From Escherichia phage vB_EcoM_WFK, in the sequence record MK373775.1: a DNA stretch of 64,000 nt; one strand, 5' to 3'. Below, piece by piece: positions 21,322 through 30,936 of the stretch; within the stretch, counting starts at the first letter, position 1, and every line of letters begins with the position of its first letter. Position numbers and translations under genes: made by a program. The notes beneath the pieces were generated by a model. The model saw nothing but the letters and a program-made list of their open reading frames with translations, made no database searches and was not told the DNA's origin.

Positions 21322-22283
21322 TGTACTCTTTAGAAGAATTTAATAACCAAGCTATAAATGCAGATTTCCAACGAAACAATATGTTTAGTTGTGTATTTGC
21401 TACTACACCATCAACCAAATCGTCTTCACTAATTTCGTCAATTGGTAGTTTTGCTTATAATAACTTAGGGTTGGATTCAGATTGGCTAGGATTGTCTCAA
21501 GGTGATATCAATCAGGGCGTAACAACCCTGATTACAGCAGGAACACAGAAATTAATTCGAAAATCAGGTATAAGTAAATATCTGATTGGAGCAATGAGTC
21601 AACGTACGGTACAAAGCTTGTTAGGTGAGTTCACAGTAGGAGCTTATCTGATAGACTTCTTCAATATGGCATATAATAATACAGGTTTAATGATTTATTC
21701 TGTAAAAATGCCTGAGAACCGATTATCTTATGAAACGGATTTCAACTATAACTCACCGAACATCCGAATTACCGGCCGTGAAATGGACCCGTTAGTAATA
21801 AGCTTTAGAATGGATTCCGAAGCATCTAACTTTAGAGCAATGCAAGACTGGGTAAACTCAGTCCAAGACCCTGTAACAGGTCTTCGCGCTTTACCACAAG
21901 ACGTCGAAGCAGATATTCAGGTTAATTTACATGCACGAAATGGTTTACCACATACCGCTGTCATGTTCACTGGATGTATTCCTGTTAGTGTCTCTTCTCC
22001 TGAGTTAACGTATGATGGTGATAATCAGATAACAGTTTTTGACGTAACATTTGCCTATCGCGTTATGCAATCAGGTGCTGTAAATAGACAGGCTGCTTTA
22101 GAATGGCTGGAATCAGGACTTATTAGTAGTGTTTCAGGAATGTTTGGAAATAATCAGAATGATTCTGGACTAGGAAGTGCAGTATCAAGACTTTCTAGAT
22201 TAGGTGGGACTGCTGGTGGTGTGTCTAATATAAACACATTGACAGGTGTGGTGAATTCTGCGTCAAGAGTTTTAGGACTATAA
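21321..22283 (+). CDS. 54: baseplate-tail tube initiator gp54
   Basis: 320 aa; followed by bidirectional terminator. Confidence 0.85.
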   Translation: MYSLEEFNNQAINADFQRNNMFSCVFATTPSTKSSSLISSIGSFAYNNLGLDSDWLGLSQGDINQGVTTLITAGTQKLIRKSGISKYLIGAMSQRTVQSLLGEFTVGAYLIDFFNMAYNNTGLMIYSVKMPENRLSYETDFNYNSPNIRITGREMDPLVISFRMDSEASNFRAMQDWVNSVQDPVTGLRALPQDVEADIQVNLHARNGLPHTAVMFTGCIPVSVSSPELTYDGDNQITVFDVTFAYRVMQSGAVNRQAALEWLESGLISSVSGMFGNNQNDSGLGSAVSRLSRLGGTAGGVSNINTLTGVVNSASRVLGL

Positions 22284-22289
22284 GAAAAA

Positions 22290-22310
22290 GGGAGACGTTG
22301 TCTCCCTTTA
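22290..22310. terminator. bidirectional terminator between gene 54 and minus-strand early genes
   Basis: GGGAGAC-gtt-GTCTCCC followed by TTT. Confidence 0.6.
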
Positions 22311-22315
22311 GGGGT

Positions 22316-22609
22316 TTATTTACGGAATGAAAGGAATGCTGGTGCTCGGAATGGAGTATCATCTTTAGAGTATTTAACTAATACGACCATTGGTACCTCT
22401 GTTTCTAAATGACCTGTCACTACACCGACAAAAATTTGATCAGTGTGCTCAGGGTCACGAAAGTTTTTAAGAGGTTCCATAGCAATATGGAATGCACCTG
22501 GGAATACTCGATTCAATTCGTCAATCACAGCTTCGTTAAAAACATCATCTGCCGGGATAGCATCTTCAACTACTAGTTCTTGACCATTAAAGCGAAGCAT
22601 AGATTTCAT
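22316..22609 (-). CDS. hypothetical protein (alt.-x position)
   Basis: Start at internal ATG because early promoter lies downstream of the first ATG. Confidence 0.5.
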   Translation of the reverse strand: MKSMLRFNGQELVVEDAIPADDVFNEAVIDELNRVFPGAFHIAMEPLKNFRDPEHTDQIFVGVVTGHLETEVPMVVLVKYSKDDTPFRAPAFLSFRK

Positions 22610-22638
22610 AACGTTTTCCTCATGTTGTTGATAGGATA

Positions 22639-22668
22639 ATAGTATCACACATCCATGTGTTTGTAAAC
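22639..22668 (-). promoter_or_regulatory. T4-type early promoter
   Basis: GTTTAC, 17-nt spacer, ATACTAT; overlaps 3' end of alt. Confidence 0.5.
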
Positions 22669-24755
22669 TATCCTTGGACAAATTTAAACGGAACTGATTC
22701 TAAATCCATTAAAGATGCTAACAATTTCAAACCTTTAGGTGCACTAGTTTTTTCTACAAATGAAGAGAACGATACCGGCTCATCCGATTCGATTTCACCC
22801 GTCATAGCAACCACCTCGCCTGTTTCCATGAGAACATCACCATCGTAAATGACAGCTTCATCCAACTGGTCTGAGGACATGACTTCAGCTTGAATAAATT
22901 TAAGGTTAGATTCTAAACCTGCACCAGTGTCAGATGACGCATCTGTAATTTTATTTATCTGCAAGAGAATGCCTCTAGGCAAAATAATTTCTTGCTCATT
23001 AGGGTGATTACTCAACTGTCCTGGATAAATCACGTTAACTTTATGGGCGCCGTCAATAGCCCATCCAACGTTAACACGGATTTGTTCTGGCGCATGCATA
23101 GCGGTACGCACCAGACTAGGAGAAATAGTAACACCTTCATCATTATTGTCAATGTTAAGCTCTTTGCGAACTTCTTCAGGAGCAAGTCCAAGGGCAACGT
23201 TCTCTTTAAACCCACCGAAAATAATAGGAGCTAGTGAAGTGGAAACATAGTTTCTGAAGTAGAATACCTTATTTTTAACCATTGCTTCGTAAATAGGCAT
23301 TCTGATAGACTGAGCTCTATATAACGTTAGTCCTTCAGGTAAACGGTCTCCATTTAAAAACGCCGAATCAAGACCATCAATAGCGCGTTTAACTTCATCT
23401 TCATCTGCAACATCGTAAAAATCTGGTTTATAACGACCTAACAACATATTATTGATATCGGTATACGCAGAAGAGGCATATTCACGAATAGCTCGTTTTT
23501 CAGCAACAGAGTATTGTTTAGGGTCCCGATTCATTGTTATATTAAAGGTGCCTCTAGCCGATTCTCGTGCATAAGTATACATCACACTAGACAAGAACGC
23601 TGATTTACGTTGTTTCCAAGTTTTTTCAGATACTTCAGCTAAAACATCGTCGGCCAGTTGGAAATTATCACGTCTAAAATCTTCAAACCATTCGTCTTTA
23701 ATAGAGTCCGCAATTTCGTTTGCAGCTTCAACAAAAGCAGCTAATGCTTTAACAGATGTTGTTTTTTCAGTTTTAATTTTCTTAGCAAACTTTTCTAAAG
23801 TTGGCTTAATAACACTACCATAAGAAACTTCATCAGCAAATCTAAAGGATTCATCAATACGATTATAAATCTTATTTTCGATATCAGCAACTAAAGTGCC
23901 TTTTGCTGTGGATGATGCTTGGGCTAGTACGATTTCATATGCTTCAGGAAGTAATTCGGCTGTAGCCGGGCCACTAACTTCTTTAGCAGAATTTTCGTAT
24001 TTCTGGAATAACTCACCTTCTTGGCGGTCAGCTTCTAAAGATTGGCTTGCGGCAATAGCACGACGAGAAATTTTAGTACGAGCAATAACAGGCTTATCTT
24101 TACGTTTTTCTTCTACAGCAGCAATAGAACCGGCGATAGCCGTTTCTTTGGTGACCTTTTCGCCAGTCTTTTTACTCACATAAACTTCGCCAACATCAGA
24201 ATCTACTTTCGCGTACAACTCTGTGTTAATGTTAGGGATGCCTTTAATATCTTCAATGTTGGCATTTTTACGAACCATCATCACATAGGTGTGTTTACCT
24301 GTGAATTGATACATTGCCGACAATACTTTAAAACGACCACCGGTTTTAGTAGAAACTAAACGAGCAAGAAGAGTTTGAAGCTGCTGTCCACGTCCTTTCA
24401 ATTTCTTGGTAGGGAATCGGAATAGAACCGCATCCATACGAAGAGCTTTAACCTGTTCATATACTGTATTGAAAATGGTGTTGATTGCATCAATAGGAGC
24501 AGGACCAAGGCCATTTTTCAATTCAGCGAGATTACCCTTTTCAGACAGACTCATAATAACAACATGAGCGTATTTGTCGCCAAGTTTAACTTGTTTTACA
24601 GCGTCGCCTTCGGAAAGGTAAGAGAATAAACGAACTACGATGTTTGTATCAACATCACCAATTTTCCAGACTTGTGGAACTTTAGCTTTAGGGTTCAAAT
24701 TGACGACAGGAAGACTGCCTTCAGATTCAAACACTTCATTTAATTGTTCAGACAT
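22668..24755 (-). CDS. alt: Alt-like ADP-ribosyltransferase (injected internal protein)
   Basis: 695 aa; position between gene 54 and ligase as in T4. Confidence 0.75.
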   Translation of the reverse strand: MSEQLNEVFESEGSLPVVNLNPKAKVPQVWKIGDVDTNIVVRLFSYLSEGDAVKQVKLGDKYAHVVIMSLSEKGNLAELKNGLGPAPIDAINTIFNTVYEQVKALRMDAVLFRFPTKKLKGRGQQLQTLLARLVSTKTGGRFKVLSAMYQFTGKHTYVMMVRKNANIEDIKGIPNINTELYAKVDSDVGEVYVSKKTGEKVTKETAIAGSIAAVEEKRKDKPVIARTKISRRAIAASQSLEADRQEGELFQKYENSAKEVSGPATAELLPEAYEIVLAQASSTAKGTLVADIENKIYNRIDESFRFADEVSYGSVIKPTLEKFAKKIKTEKTTSVKALAAFVEAANEIADSIKDEWFEDFRRDNFQLADDVLAEVSEKTWKQRKSAFLSSVMYTYARESARGTFNITMNRDPKQYSVAEKRAIREYASSAYTDINNMLLGRYKPDFYDVADEDEVKRAIDGLDSAFLNGDRLPEGLTLYRAQSIRMPIYEAMVKNKVFYFRNYVSTSLAPIIFGGFKENVALGLAPEEVRKELNIDNNDEGVTISPSLVRTAMHAPEQIRVNVGWAIDGAHKVNVIYPGQLSNHPNEQEIILPRGILLQINKITDASSDTGAGLESNLKFIQAEVMSSDQLDEAVIYDGDVLMETGEVVAMTGEIESDEPVSFSSFVEKTSAPKGLKLLASLMDLESVPFKFVQG

Positions 24756-24795
24756 AGTGTTTTCCTTTTAGTAATAATTTATATTTATGCCAAAA

Positions 24796-24811
24796 AGAGC
24801 CCGAAGGCTCT
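24796..24811 (-). terminator. stem-loop upstream of alt
   Basis: AGAGCC-cgaa-GGCTCT. Confidence 0.45.
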
Positions 24812-24999
24812 TAATCCACAATCGGAAGCAAAGTACGATAAACTTCAAAATTAGAGCCTTTTTCGTACTTATCGAAATTGTCCATAAAAATATGATAGGA
24901 ATCGTTATTAGGAAAATCTAATATAATCTGAGAGCAAGAGGTGGAAACATCTCCACCATCCTTCTTAGCTACAATAACTGTTTCTAAATAAGCTTTCAT
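24811..24999 (-). CDS. hypothetical small protein
   Basis: Start at ATG overlapping ligase stop; hairpin downstream. Confidence 0.4.
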   Translation of the reverse strand: MKAYLETVIVAKKDGGDVSTSCSQIILDFPNNDSYHIFMDNFDKYEKGSNFEVYRTLLPIVD

Positions 25000-26492
25000 T
25001 ATAAACCTGTCTGGGACCACGGTCCAAATACGTCTTCAAACGAATCCGCTTCTGTTTTATCAAAACGGAACCCTTTAATAATTGGGAGGAAAATACCTAC
25101 AGTGCCTTCACGTCCTTTAGAATGAACCCAACCATTGCATTCACAATCAGCAATACGTCCAATCAATTTACCTTCACGAGCTTCGGTCATTAATCGTTCA
25201 CGGTCCAAATCATGTCGCTCATCTAAAGGAATAAGAACCTTTACACCATCAACTGTTTTATGAGTTGTATCTTTAAACCCTGAACCACAATCGGTTGTAA
25301 TACGACGACAACGTGATACGAGTTCGACACCACCTAATTTGTTAGGGTCTTTAGAGTGTTCATAGTATCCTACAACTTCTAAAGCGATATCAATAACTTC
25401 TTTAAATTTAATTAGGTTCTTAGAACGTTTGTTTTCCCAATATGAATCACGGTTTTTAAGGATAATACCTTCAAGACCTTGGTCAACATATTTTTTATAA
25501 ACCACTTTAGCTTCGTCAAGATTACGAACTAACTGATTTTCAATTGGCTCAATTCGTTTAAAGCCTTCAGCCATATTTTCAAGAGCAGCAAAACGAACAT
25601 CGTATTTCTGACCTTTAATTTTGCCATCAGAATAGACTTCATCTAAAGGAACATAGTCCCAGGCTTGAAGAACCATACCTTCAGCTTCTTTAGGAGAAAT
25701 AGTCCCTTGAAGAGATTTATTTGCTAAACCGTTTGAAGTGCTACGGTCCGCAACTTGTACTTCTTCGGATTCTTCATTATCACCAAATAAGAACGACAGG
25801 TCATTTCCTGAGCTCACAGCCTTTTTAATATCAAATGAATGGTAAACTAATTCACCGTCGATTAAAACCCCATTAGGGTGTCTTTCACGAGCTTCTTTAG
25901 TCATTTCCATTAGTTCATCCGCTAATAGAGTAAGACCATGATATTCGTTGCCGGCACGAGAAAAGAATTGAACACCATCATCGCGAACTTCAGCGAAACA
26001 ACGAGCACCATCTGCTTTTAATTGGGCAAATGCGGGCCATTTAATATTTTTAGTAATCAATTTCTCGTCATATGCAGATGCTAACATCTGTGGTTGCAAT
26101 TGAATAAGTCCAGGCCACACCTTATTCGCGATAGACACTGAAGCACCTACTTCAAGATCGCGCATCATTACACGACGAAGGACTTCTACATCATCAGGTT
26201 TACCATCAGCGATATAACCCATGAGCTCTTTAATTGCAGCATTACCAGTGAGTTTACGAGTGGCTAATGTGAACTCAATAAAATCCAACATGTCATCTAA
26301 TTCAAGAAGACCATACGCTTGAGACCTTTCACCTGGTCCTGGCCATTTCTTAATATAATACTGGATACCACGTGCATATGTTAAACGATACACACGTTCA
26401 AGTAATTTGTTGTCCTTATTTTTCTTAAGGATTTCCTGTTTTGTTTTAGTAGAACCAATCGCAGCTATTTGGTTTAAAATATCTAAAATCAT
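24999..26492 (-). CDS. 30: ATP-dependent DNA ligase gp30
   Basis: 497 aa; adenylation motif KADGAR; N-terminus matches T4 ligase. Confidence 0.95.
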   Translation of the reverse strand: MILDILNQIAAIGSTKTKQEILKKNKDNKLLERVYRLTYARGIQYYIKKWPGPGERSQAYGLLELDDMLDFIEFTLATRKLTGNAAIKELMGYIADGKPDDVEVLRRVMMRDLEVGASVSIANKVWPGLIQLQPQMLASAYDEKLITKNIKWPAFAQLKADGARCFAEVRDDGVQFFSRAGNEYHGLTLLADELMEMTKEARERHPNGVLIDGELVYHSFDIKKAVSSGNDLSFLFGDNEESEEVQVADRSTSNGLANKSLQGTISPKEAEGMVLQAWDYVPLDEVYSDGKIKGQKYDVRFAALENMAEGFKRIEPIENQLVRNLDEAKVVYKKYVDQGLEGIILKNRDSYWENKRSKNLIKFKEVIDIALEVVGYYEHSKDPNKLGGVELVSRCRRITTDCGSGFKDTTHKTVDGVKVLIPLDERHDLDRERLMTEAREGKLIGRIADCECNGWVHSKGREGTVGIFLPIIKGFRFDKTEADSFEDVFGPWSQTGL

Positions 26493-26758
26493 TTGATGTC
26501 CTCGATTTTGGTTACGGTTCTATTATAAGCCACTTCATCTAGAAGCGATTTCAGCGTTTTCTGATAAGTTGTAATCCATTTACCGAGTCCTTCAACATAG
26601 TATTCTGAAATGTAGATGAACCCTTGTTCAACACACTCTTTAAATATTTCTGCGTCTTTTACTGAACGAAACAATGGCCAGTCTCGAAAGAACATGTTAA
26701 CGTGACCGTAGTCACGTGTGGTATTTTTGCCATCTGTAATATCATGAACTACAAACAT
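26489..26758 (-). CDS. hypothetical protein (30.1 position)
   Basis: 89-aa ORF, 4-nt overlap with ligase start. Confidence 0.5.
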   Translation of the reverse strand: MFVVHDITDGKNTTRDYGHVNMFFRDWPLFRSVKDAEIFKECVEQGFIYISEYYVEGLGKWITTYQKTLKSLLDEVAYNRTVTKIEDIK

Positions 26759-26767
26759 AATTAACCC

Positions 26768-27592
26768 TTAACAATTTATAGACCAAGTCCATTTAGACGA
26801 ATCTAAAGGAAAGTTTTGAATCGTCCACCACGGCTGCATATCAGTTGGTCCTGGGGTTCGCCAGGTATATGGAGTACGTGTTGTCGAGGGGCCACCAATT
26901 TGATTAGGCCATGCACCTGGACTTGTTGCACCAGATTCTTTAAGCAAATCCGCCAATCGTTTTAAAAGGTCTTCACGATCTGAATCTGAATTATTCTTAG
27001 GCAGAACCAAACGAGATTCAATATCATCCCACGTGTGTACACGTTGTGCAGTACGAGGAATGGCATCACGTTCACCACGAGCCAACCAATAAATCGGTAC
27101 ATTAAGAATTTCTGCCGCATGGTCACAATGATGAGCTAAATCGTCAACGTAACAAATTACGTTATATTTTGTTTTAGCTAGTTCGAATAATTGTTCCTTT
27201 GAAGAATCATGACCACACATCATTACTTCAGAGAAAGCGCCTGGGAACAAAGCATTCAAATTAAATTGTCTATTCAATCGAGCATCAATTGAATCACCTA
27301 GCGCCGTCACGGCTACAAAATTATAGTCTTCTTTTAGTTTATTGATAACTCGAAGAGCATCAGAATAAGGCGCTAAGTAACGAATAAAATCAGAGCTATT
27401 ATATTTTTCTATTAATTGTTTACCAAGGTTATCGTCGGTGTTGAACAGTTTACCAGGAGAAATAAATTTTTCGTCCTGAATCATTTTTAAAATATGTTCT
27501 AATGGAAGGTTATATTTTTGGGCAAAATAAGGAAGTCCAGATTGCCAGCTTAAACATACACCATCAATATCAGTCAAAATAGTAGGCTTCAT
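26768..27592 (-). CDS. HAD-superfamily-like hydrolase (30.2 position)
   Basis: N-terminal DxDGV motif (LTDIDGV) typical of HAD phosphatases. Confidence 0.5.
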   Translation of the reverse strand: MKPTILTDIDGVCLSWQSGLPYFAQKYNLPLEHILKMIQDEKFISPGKLFNTDDNLGKQLIEKYNSSDFIRYLAPYSDALRVINKLKEDYNFVAVTALGDSIDARLNRQFNLNALFPGAFSEVMMCGHDSSKEQLFELAKTKYNVICYVDDLAHHCDHAAEILNVPIYWLARGERDAIPRTAQRVHTWDDIESRLVLPKNNSDSDREDLLKRLADLLKESGATSPGAWPNQIGGPSTTRTPYTWRTPGPTDMQPWWTIQNFPLDSSKWTWSINC

Positions 27593-28056
27593 AAAGAGTC
27601 TCTTAATAGGTTTAACACGTCAATAAATTCATCTTCAGTTAGTATTGTATCATCTTTTGTTAGGTGGCTGGCCATGCTGTGCTTCAAAATTTTTCCTTTA
27701 GAGGCTTGTAAGGCATCACGAAACCCCTTGTTTTGGATCGCGGCTTCAAAATATGCATTTGTGTATAATTCTTTCCATGCTTCGGAGTATCTTGAAAATG
27801 GAACTCCTAACCAGAAGAGAGTCCCACGGTCCTGAGCTCTTGCGTAAGACCTTCCAGCTTGCTGTGCAGCCAATCCAGACAACCAAAATATACGTCTTTG
27901 TTGTTCAACATTTTTCACCTTACATCCTTGGAGAAATCCTTCAAGACCTCCGAATTGAATACCATCCATAACAAAAGGCCATTGAGCAAAGTTACTTAAT
28001 GCACATGACGGCCATTTGAAATTACTTCTTATTTCTAATTCAGACATCTTTAACAC
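27589..28056 (-). CDS. NADAR (YbiA/DUF1768)-like protein (30.3 position)
   Basis: LSNFAQWP..DG..F motif resembling NADAR family; recognised by eye only. Confidence 0.45.
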   Translation of the reverse strand: MLKMSELEIRSNFKWPSCALSNFAQWPFVMDGIQFGGLEGFLQGCKVKNVEQQRRIFWLSGLAAQQAGRSYARAQDRGTLFWLGVPFSRYSEAWKELYTNAYFEAAIQNKGFRDALQASKGKILKHSMASHLTKDDTILTEDEFIDVLNLLRDSL

Positions 28057-28258
28057 TTATAATTTCAACATCAGCCCAATGTCCGTATCCAGGTATACGG
28101 TCTTCGATAGATAAATTTCTGTCATTTTTAGGCATTTTAATTGACGTAACGTATGGTTCTAAACGGTTTTCCGCGTAATATGGAAAAACGTCGGTTACAC
28201 GATAAGTAACTTCAATCATTTCCGTACCAAACAATTTCTGGATTAATTTATTCAACAT
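28040..28258 (-). CDS. hypothetical protein
   Basis: 72-aa ORF in operon context. Confidence 0.45.
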   Translation of the reverse strand: MLNKLIQKLFGTEMIEVTYRVTDVFPYYAENRLEPYVTSIKMPKNDRNLSIEDRIPGYGHWADVEIISVKDV

Positions 28259-28445
28259 GTTTCAACCCTTTAATAGGAGATAACTCTTTACCCATACGTA
28301 TGTCAGAAGTCCCATCAACCCATTGAACAGCATACGCTTCATTGATAATTCCAGCGGCAGTTTTAAATTCGTTGAGAACTTTAAAAATCATCCCAGGGAT
28401 TCCAACACCTTTTAATTGGACTGTTTGTGCTATTAAAAATTTCAT
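28248..28445 (-). CDS. hypothetical protein
   Basis: 65-aa ORF; early promoter upstream. Confidence 0.45.
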   Translation of the reverse strand: MKFLIAQTVQLKGVGIPGMIFKVLNEFKTAAGIINEAYAVQWVDGTSDIRMGKELSPIKGLKHVE

Positions 28446-28499
28446 ATTTTTCCACTTACTAAAGAAATCATTATACTCTAATCCGTCCTTGGATGTACA

Positions 28500-29114
28500 C
28501 TACTTAATGAAATTAATTTCTACCGGATGAACAACAGGTTGAGCAGTGATATATTGAGTAATTGCTTTCATGACTAGAGCTTCAGAACCAGGATTTTTCT
28601 CAACGAATTCACGTGCTAGGTTATGAGCTTCGAGTTCACTCAATAAACCGGAACGCTGGCATCCACGGTCTTGAGTACCCTGTTCAGATAAAAGGACTAC
28701 TACATATTTTTCATCGTCGTAGGGCTTAGCCAGTTGAGCAAATGTTCCTTTACTTCCAAAAGGAGAGTTATGTCGCCACATCACGCCGTGAGGAGTTTCA
28801 ACCTTCGTATATTCGTGCGGTCCATTTTTCTTAGTTTCTTGATGTGGAACTTCATAGACTTTAGGGTTAGGACATTCAATAAAATGCTCATCTAAATCGG
28901 TCGAGAATATTAAAGTAAAACAATTACTGAATTTACCAACACCGGCCTGATAAATTTTACCTTCAGAAGTTCTAATTTCACAAACTGAGCCGGCATCAGT
29001 AACTTCTAAAACTTCAAAAGGCTCAATAAGGTCATATGAGAACATGTTTTTAAGGCGTGGAGTAATATCCCCATTTTTAAAATTCATTTTATAAAAAGTA
29101 TTAACTTTAAACAT
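28500..29114 (-). CDS. hypothetical protein (204 aa)
   Basis: Start at internal ATG with GAGGA RBS; ORF-track TTG start lies inside an intergenic hairpin. Confidence 0.5.
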   Translation of the reverse strand: MFKVNTFYKMNFKNGDITPRLKNMFSYDLIEPFEVLEVTDAGSVCEIRTSEGKIYQAGVGKFSNCFTLIFSTDLDEHFIECPNPKVYEVPHQETKKNGPHEYTKVETPHGVMWRHNSPFGSKGTFAQLAKPYDDEKYVVVLLSEQGTQDRGCQRSGLLSELEAHNLAREFVEKNPGSEALVMKAITQYITAQPVVHPVEINFIK

Positions 29115-29126
29115 AATTTCCTCAGT

Positions 29127-29142
29127 GGGAGCCGAAGCTCCC
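29127..29142 (-). terminator. intergenic stem-loop
   Basis: GGGAGC-cgaa-GCTCCC. Confidence 0.5.
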
Positions 29143-29149
29143 AATTAAT

Positions 29150-29515
29150 TTAGATATCAAATTCGTTAAGAACTACATCAAAGATTGCTTCGAGATGTTC
29201 AGGTTTAGCTCGGTTACTCAGGATATGACGAATCCAAGTTTTAACCAGAAGTTTACGATTAACACCATTCCAGCAAGGATGAGTACCTAAATCACGCTGA
29301 CGGAAATCATCATCTAATGCAATTTTAAAATTTGAACCTTCCATCGTGATTGAAACCGTGATACCATTTTCAAATCGCATATAAACGTAATTAGGAGTCA
29401 TGCACTGTTCGATTTCACAAACTGTACCGTTTTCGTGTTTCCATAAGCAAATAACTTCAGAAGAACCAGCAATACCGTTAGAAACATATTTACGTTCGAA
29501 GTTGGTGTAGTTCAT
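29150..29515 (-). CDS. hypothetical protein (121 aa, CMTP motif)
   Basis: Own early promoter; shares CMTP motif with next gene. Confidence 0.5.
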   Translation of the reverse strand: MNYTNFERKYVSNGIAGSSEVICLWKHENGTVCEIEQCMTPNYVYMRFENGITVSITMEGSNFKIALDDDFRQRDLGTHPCWNGVNRKLLVKTWIRHILSNRAKPEHLEAIFDVVLNEFDI

Positions 29516-29556
29516 TTTATTCTCCAGATGTTTAAGTTGTTTGTTGGTACAGGTCT

Positions 29557-29585
29557 ATAATAACATAACCTGTACCAAAGTAAAC
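29557..29585 (-). promoter_or_regulatory. T4-type early promoter
   Basis: GTTTAC, 17-nt spacer, TATTAT. Confidence 0.5.
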
Positions 29586-29589
29586 TGTT

Positions 29590-29958
29590 TTATGCAACTT
29601 TAATCCAATTGTCTAAATTTAAAACACCTTTGGCTTTCATTTTTTCTATCAGGTTATCTGCTGTAATGCGTCCATTTTGATACCATGTAACATCTTCAGA
29701 GTAACCAGTTTCTTCGTCAACATATGTTTCTGAACGAATTTTACCGGTAATAATAGTTTTTAATTCGTATGTGTCACCTGTGAAAAAGTTTGCTAACACA
29801 ATTTTCCAAGAGAAATCATCAGAAGGACCTTCAGGGGTCATACAACCTACGAACTCAAATTGCTCTTTGTATAACATCCACTGGAATTCTTTAATTTCGA
29901 TAGCTTTATAACCATCGTGGTCTTTACATTTGATGTATGAGTTCAGATTGATTTTCAT
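29590..29958 (-). CDS. hypothetical protein (122 aa, CMTP motif)
   Basis: Own early promoter; possible paralogue of 29150-29515. Confidence 0.5.
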   Translation of the reverse strand: MKINLNSYIKCKDHDGYKAIEIKEFQWMLYKEQFEFVGCMTPEGPSDDFSWKIVLANFFTGDTYELKTIITGKIRSETYVDEETGYSEDVTWYQNGRITADNLIEKMKAKGVLNLDNWIKVA

Positions 29959-30000
29959 TTTGTTCTCCAGGTTGTTTTATTGATTAGATGGTACAAGTCT

Positions 30001-30029
30001 ATAGTAACACATCCTACAGGAGAGTAAAC
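30001..30029 (-). promoter_or_regulatory. T4-type early promoter
   Basis: GTTTAC, 17-nt spacer, TACTAT. Confidence 0.5.
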
Positions 30030-30065
30030 ATCTTTTTAAACTTTTTCTGCCCTAAACGCACAAAA

Positions 30066-30083
30066 GGGAGACCGAAGTCTCCC
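30066..30083 (-). terminator. stem-loop terminator after small basic ORF
   Basis: GGGAGAC-cgaa-GTCTCCC. Confidence 0.55.
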
Positions 30084-30088
30084 TAAAA

Positions 30089-30268
30089 TTATGCAACAAC
30101 CTTTCCAAAACGAGAAGCATCATCTCGAAGAACTGCACGTGCTCTGCGCATGATCTTCTCAACTGTTTGATTAATACGAGAGTTCGACCCACGCTTGTAT
30201 CCAGCGCGTTTAGAGGTACCATCAACTTTCTTTTCAACTGCTTTCTTTGCTTTAGCTTGTTTTGCCAT
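30089..30268 (-). CDS. small basic protein (59 aa), not in ORF track
   Basis: ATG start; K/R-rich; stop followed by stem-loop terminator. Confidence 0.35.
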   Translation of the reverse strand: MAKQAKAKKAVEKKVDGTSKRAGYKRGSNSRINQTVEKIMRRARAVLRDDASRFGKVVA

Positions 30269-30563
30269 TATAAATTCTCTTTAAATGAAAATGCAGGACT
30301 TATTGACATTGCCTGCGCAAGCCCTCAAGGGGAACATAGGTTTTGGATATTTAACGACAGGATAACCATAAACCCGTCATCATACCAACCACGACTTAGA
30401 CAGATAACCTTTTTCTGACGCGTGATAGTACAAAATACATTCAAGAGGTACACCGTAAAACTGCCGGGGCCTTAAAACTATAATGATTCGCAAATCATTA
30501 ATCAGACAGTTCGACGGCTCCTCGATTTTCTAGCCGCACTTAAGGTAGCGAATCACCTAAAAC

Positions 30564-30812
30564 TTATTTAAGGGTAATAACAAAATGACGTACTGCTTTA
30601 CGAGCTGCAGAAGCCAAAGGCTTAGCATATTTCAGTTCATCTTTTGCTTCCAGTTCAGAGGCCAAAGCTGCCTGTACCGGGTTCAGATGTTTGAAATAAT
30701 GCAGGATTTCCAGTGCTTCGGCTTCAACATCAATCGACGCGCCGTAGTTTTCGTGACCGTTATTCCATGCGTTTCGTTGCAGTTCAAGAGCGTGTTGTAA
30801 TTGTTTAATCAT
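30564..30812 (-). CDS. rIII: rIII lysis-inhibition accessory protein
   Basis: 82 aa, same as T4 rIII; directly downstream of gene 31. Confidence 0.8.
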   Translation of the reverse strand: MIKQLQHALELQRNAWNNGHENYGASIDVEAEALEILHYFKHLNPVQAALASELEAKDELKYAKPLASAARKAVRHFVITLK

Positions 30813-30936
30813 TTTAAATTCTCAATTCGAGATAATATTTAGTAGCCACGTTCGTCTGAATTTCACCTTCTTTCGACAAGTCTCTCAGTTGTAGGCTACC
30901 GCTTAGAAGAGTGTTCTCTTCATATAGTTATTTATA

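Noticed and set aside
30167-30418. 83-aa plus-strand ORF in the rIII-downstream gap
   Set aside because: Uses a TTG start, runs antisense to the minus-strand operon and to the 59-aa basic ORF, and has no promoter or RBS.
30269-30563. Possible tRNA gene in the long intergenic gap
   Set aside because: No acceptor-stem/T-loop (GTTCRANYC) arrangement could be built by eye; left as an unexplained gap in findings.
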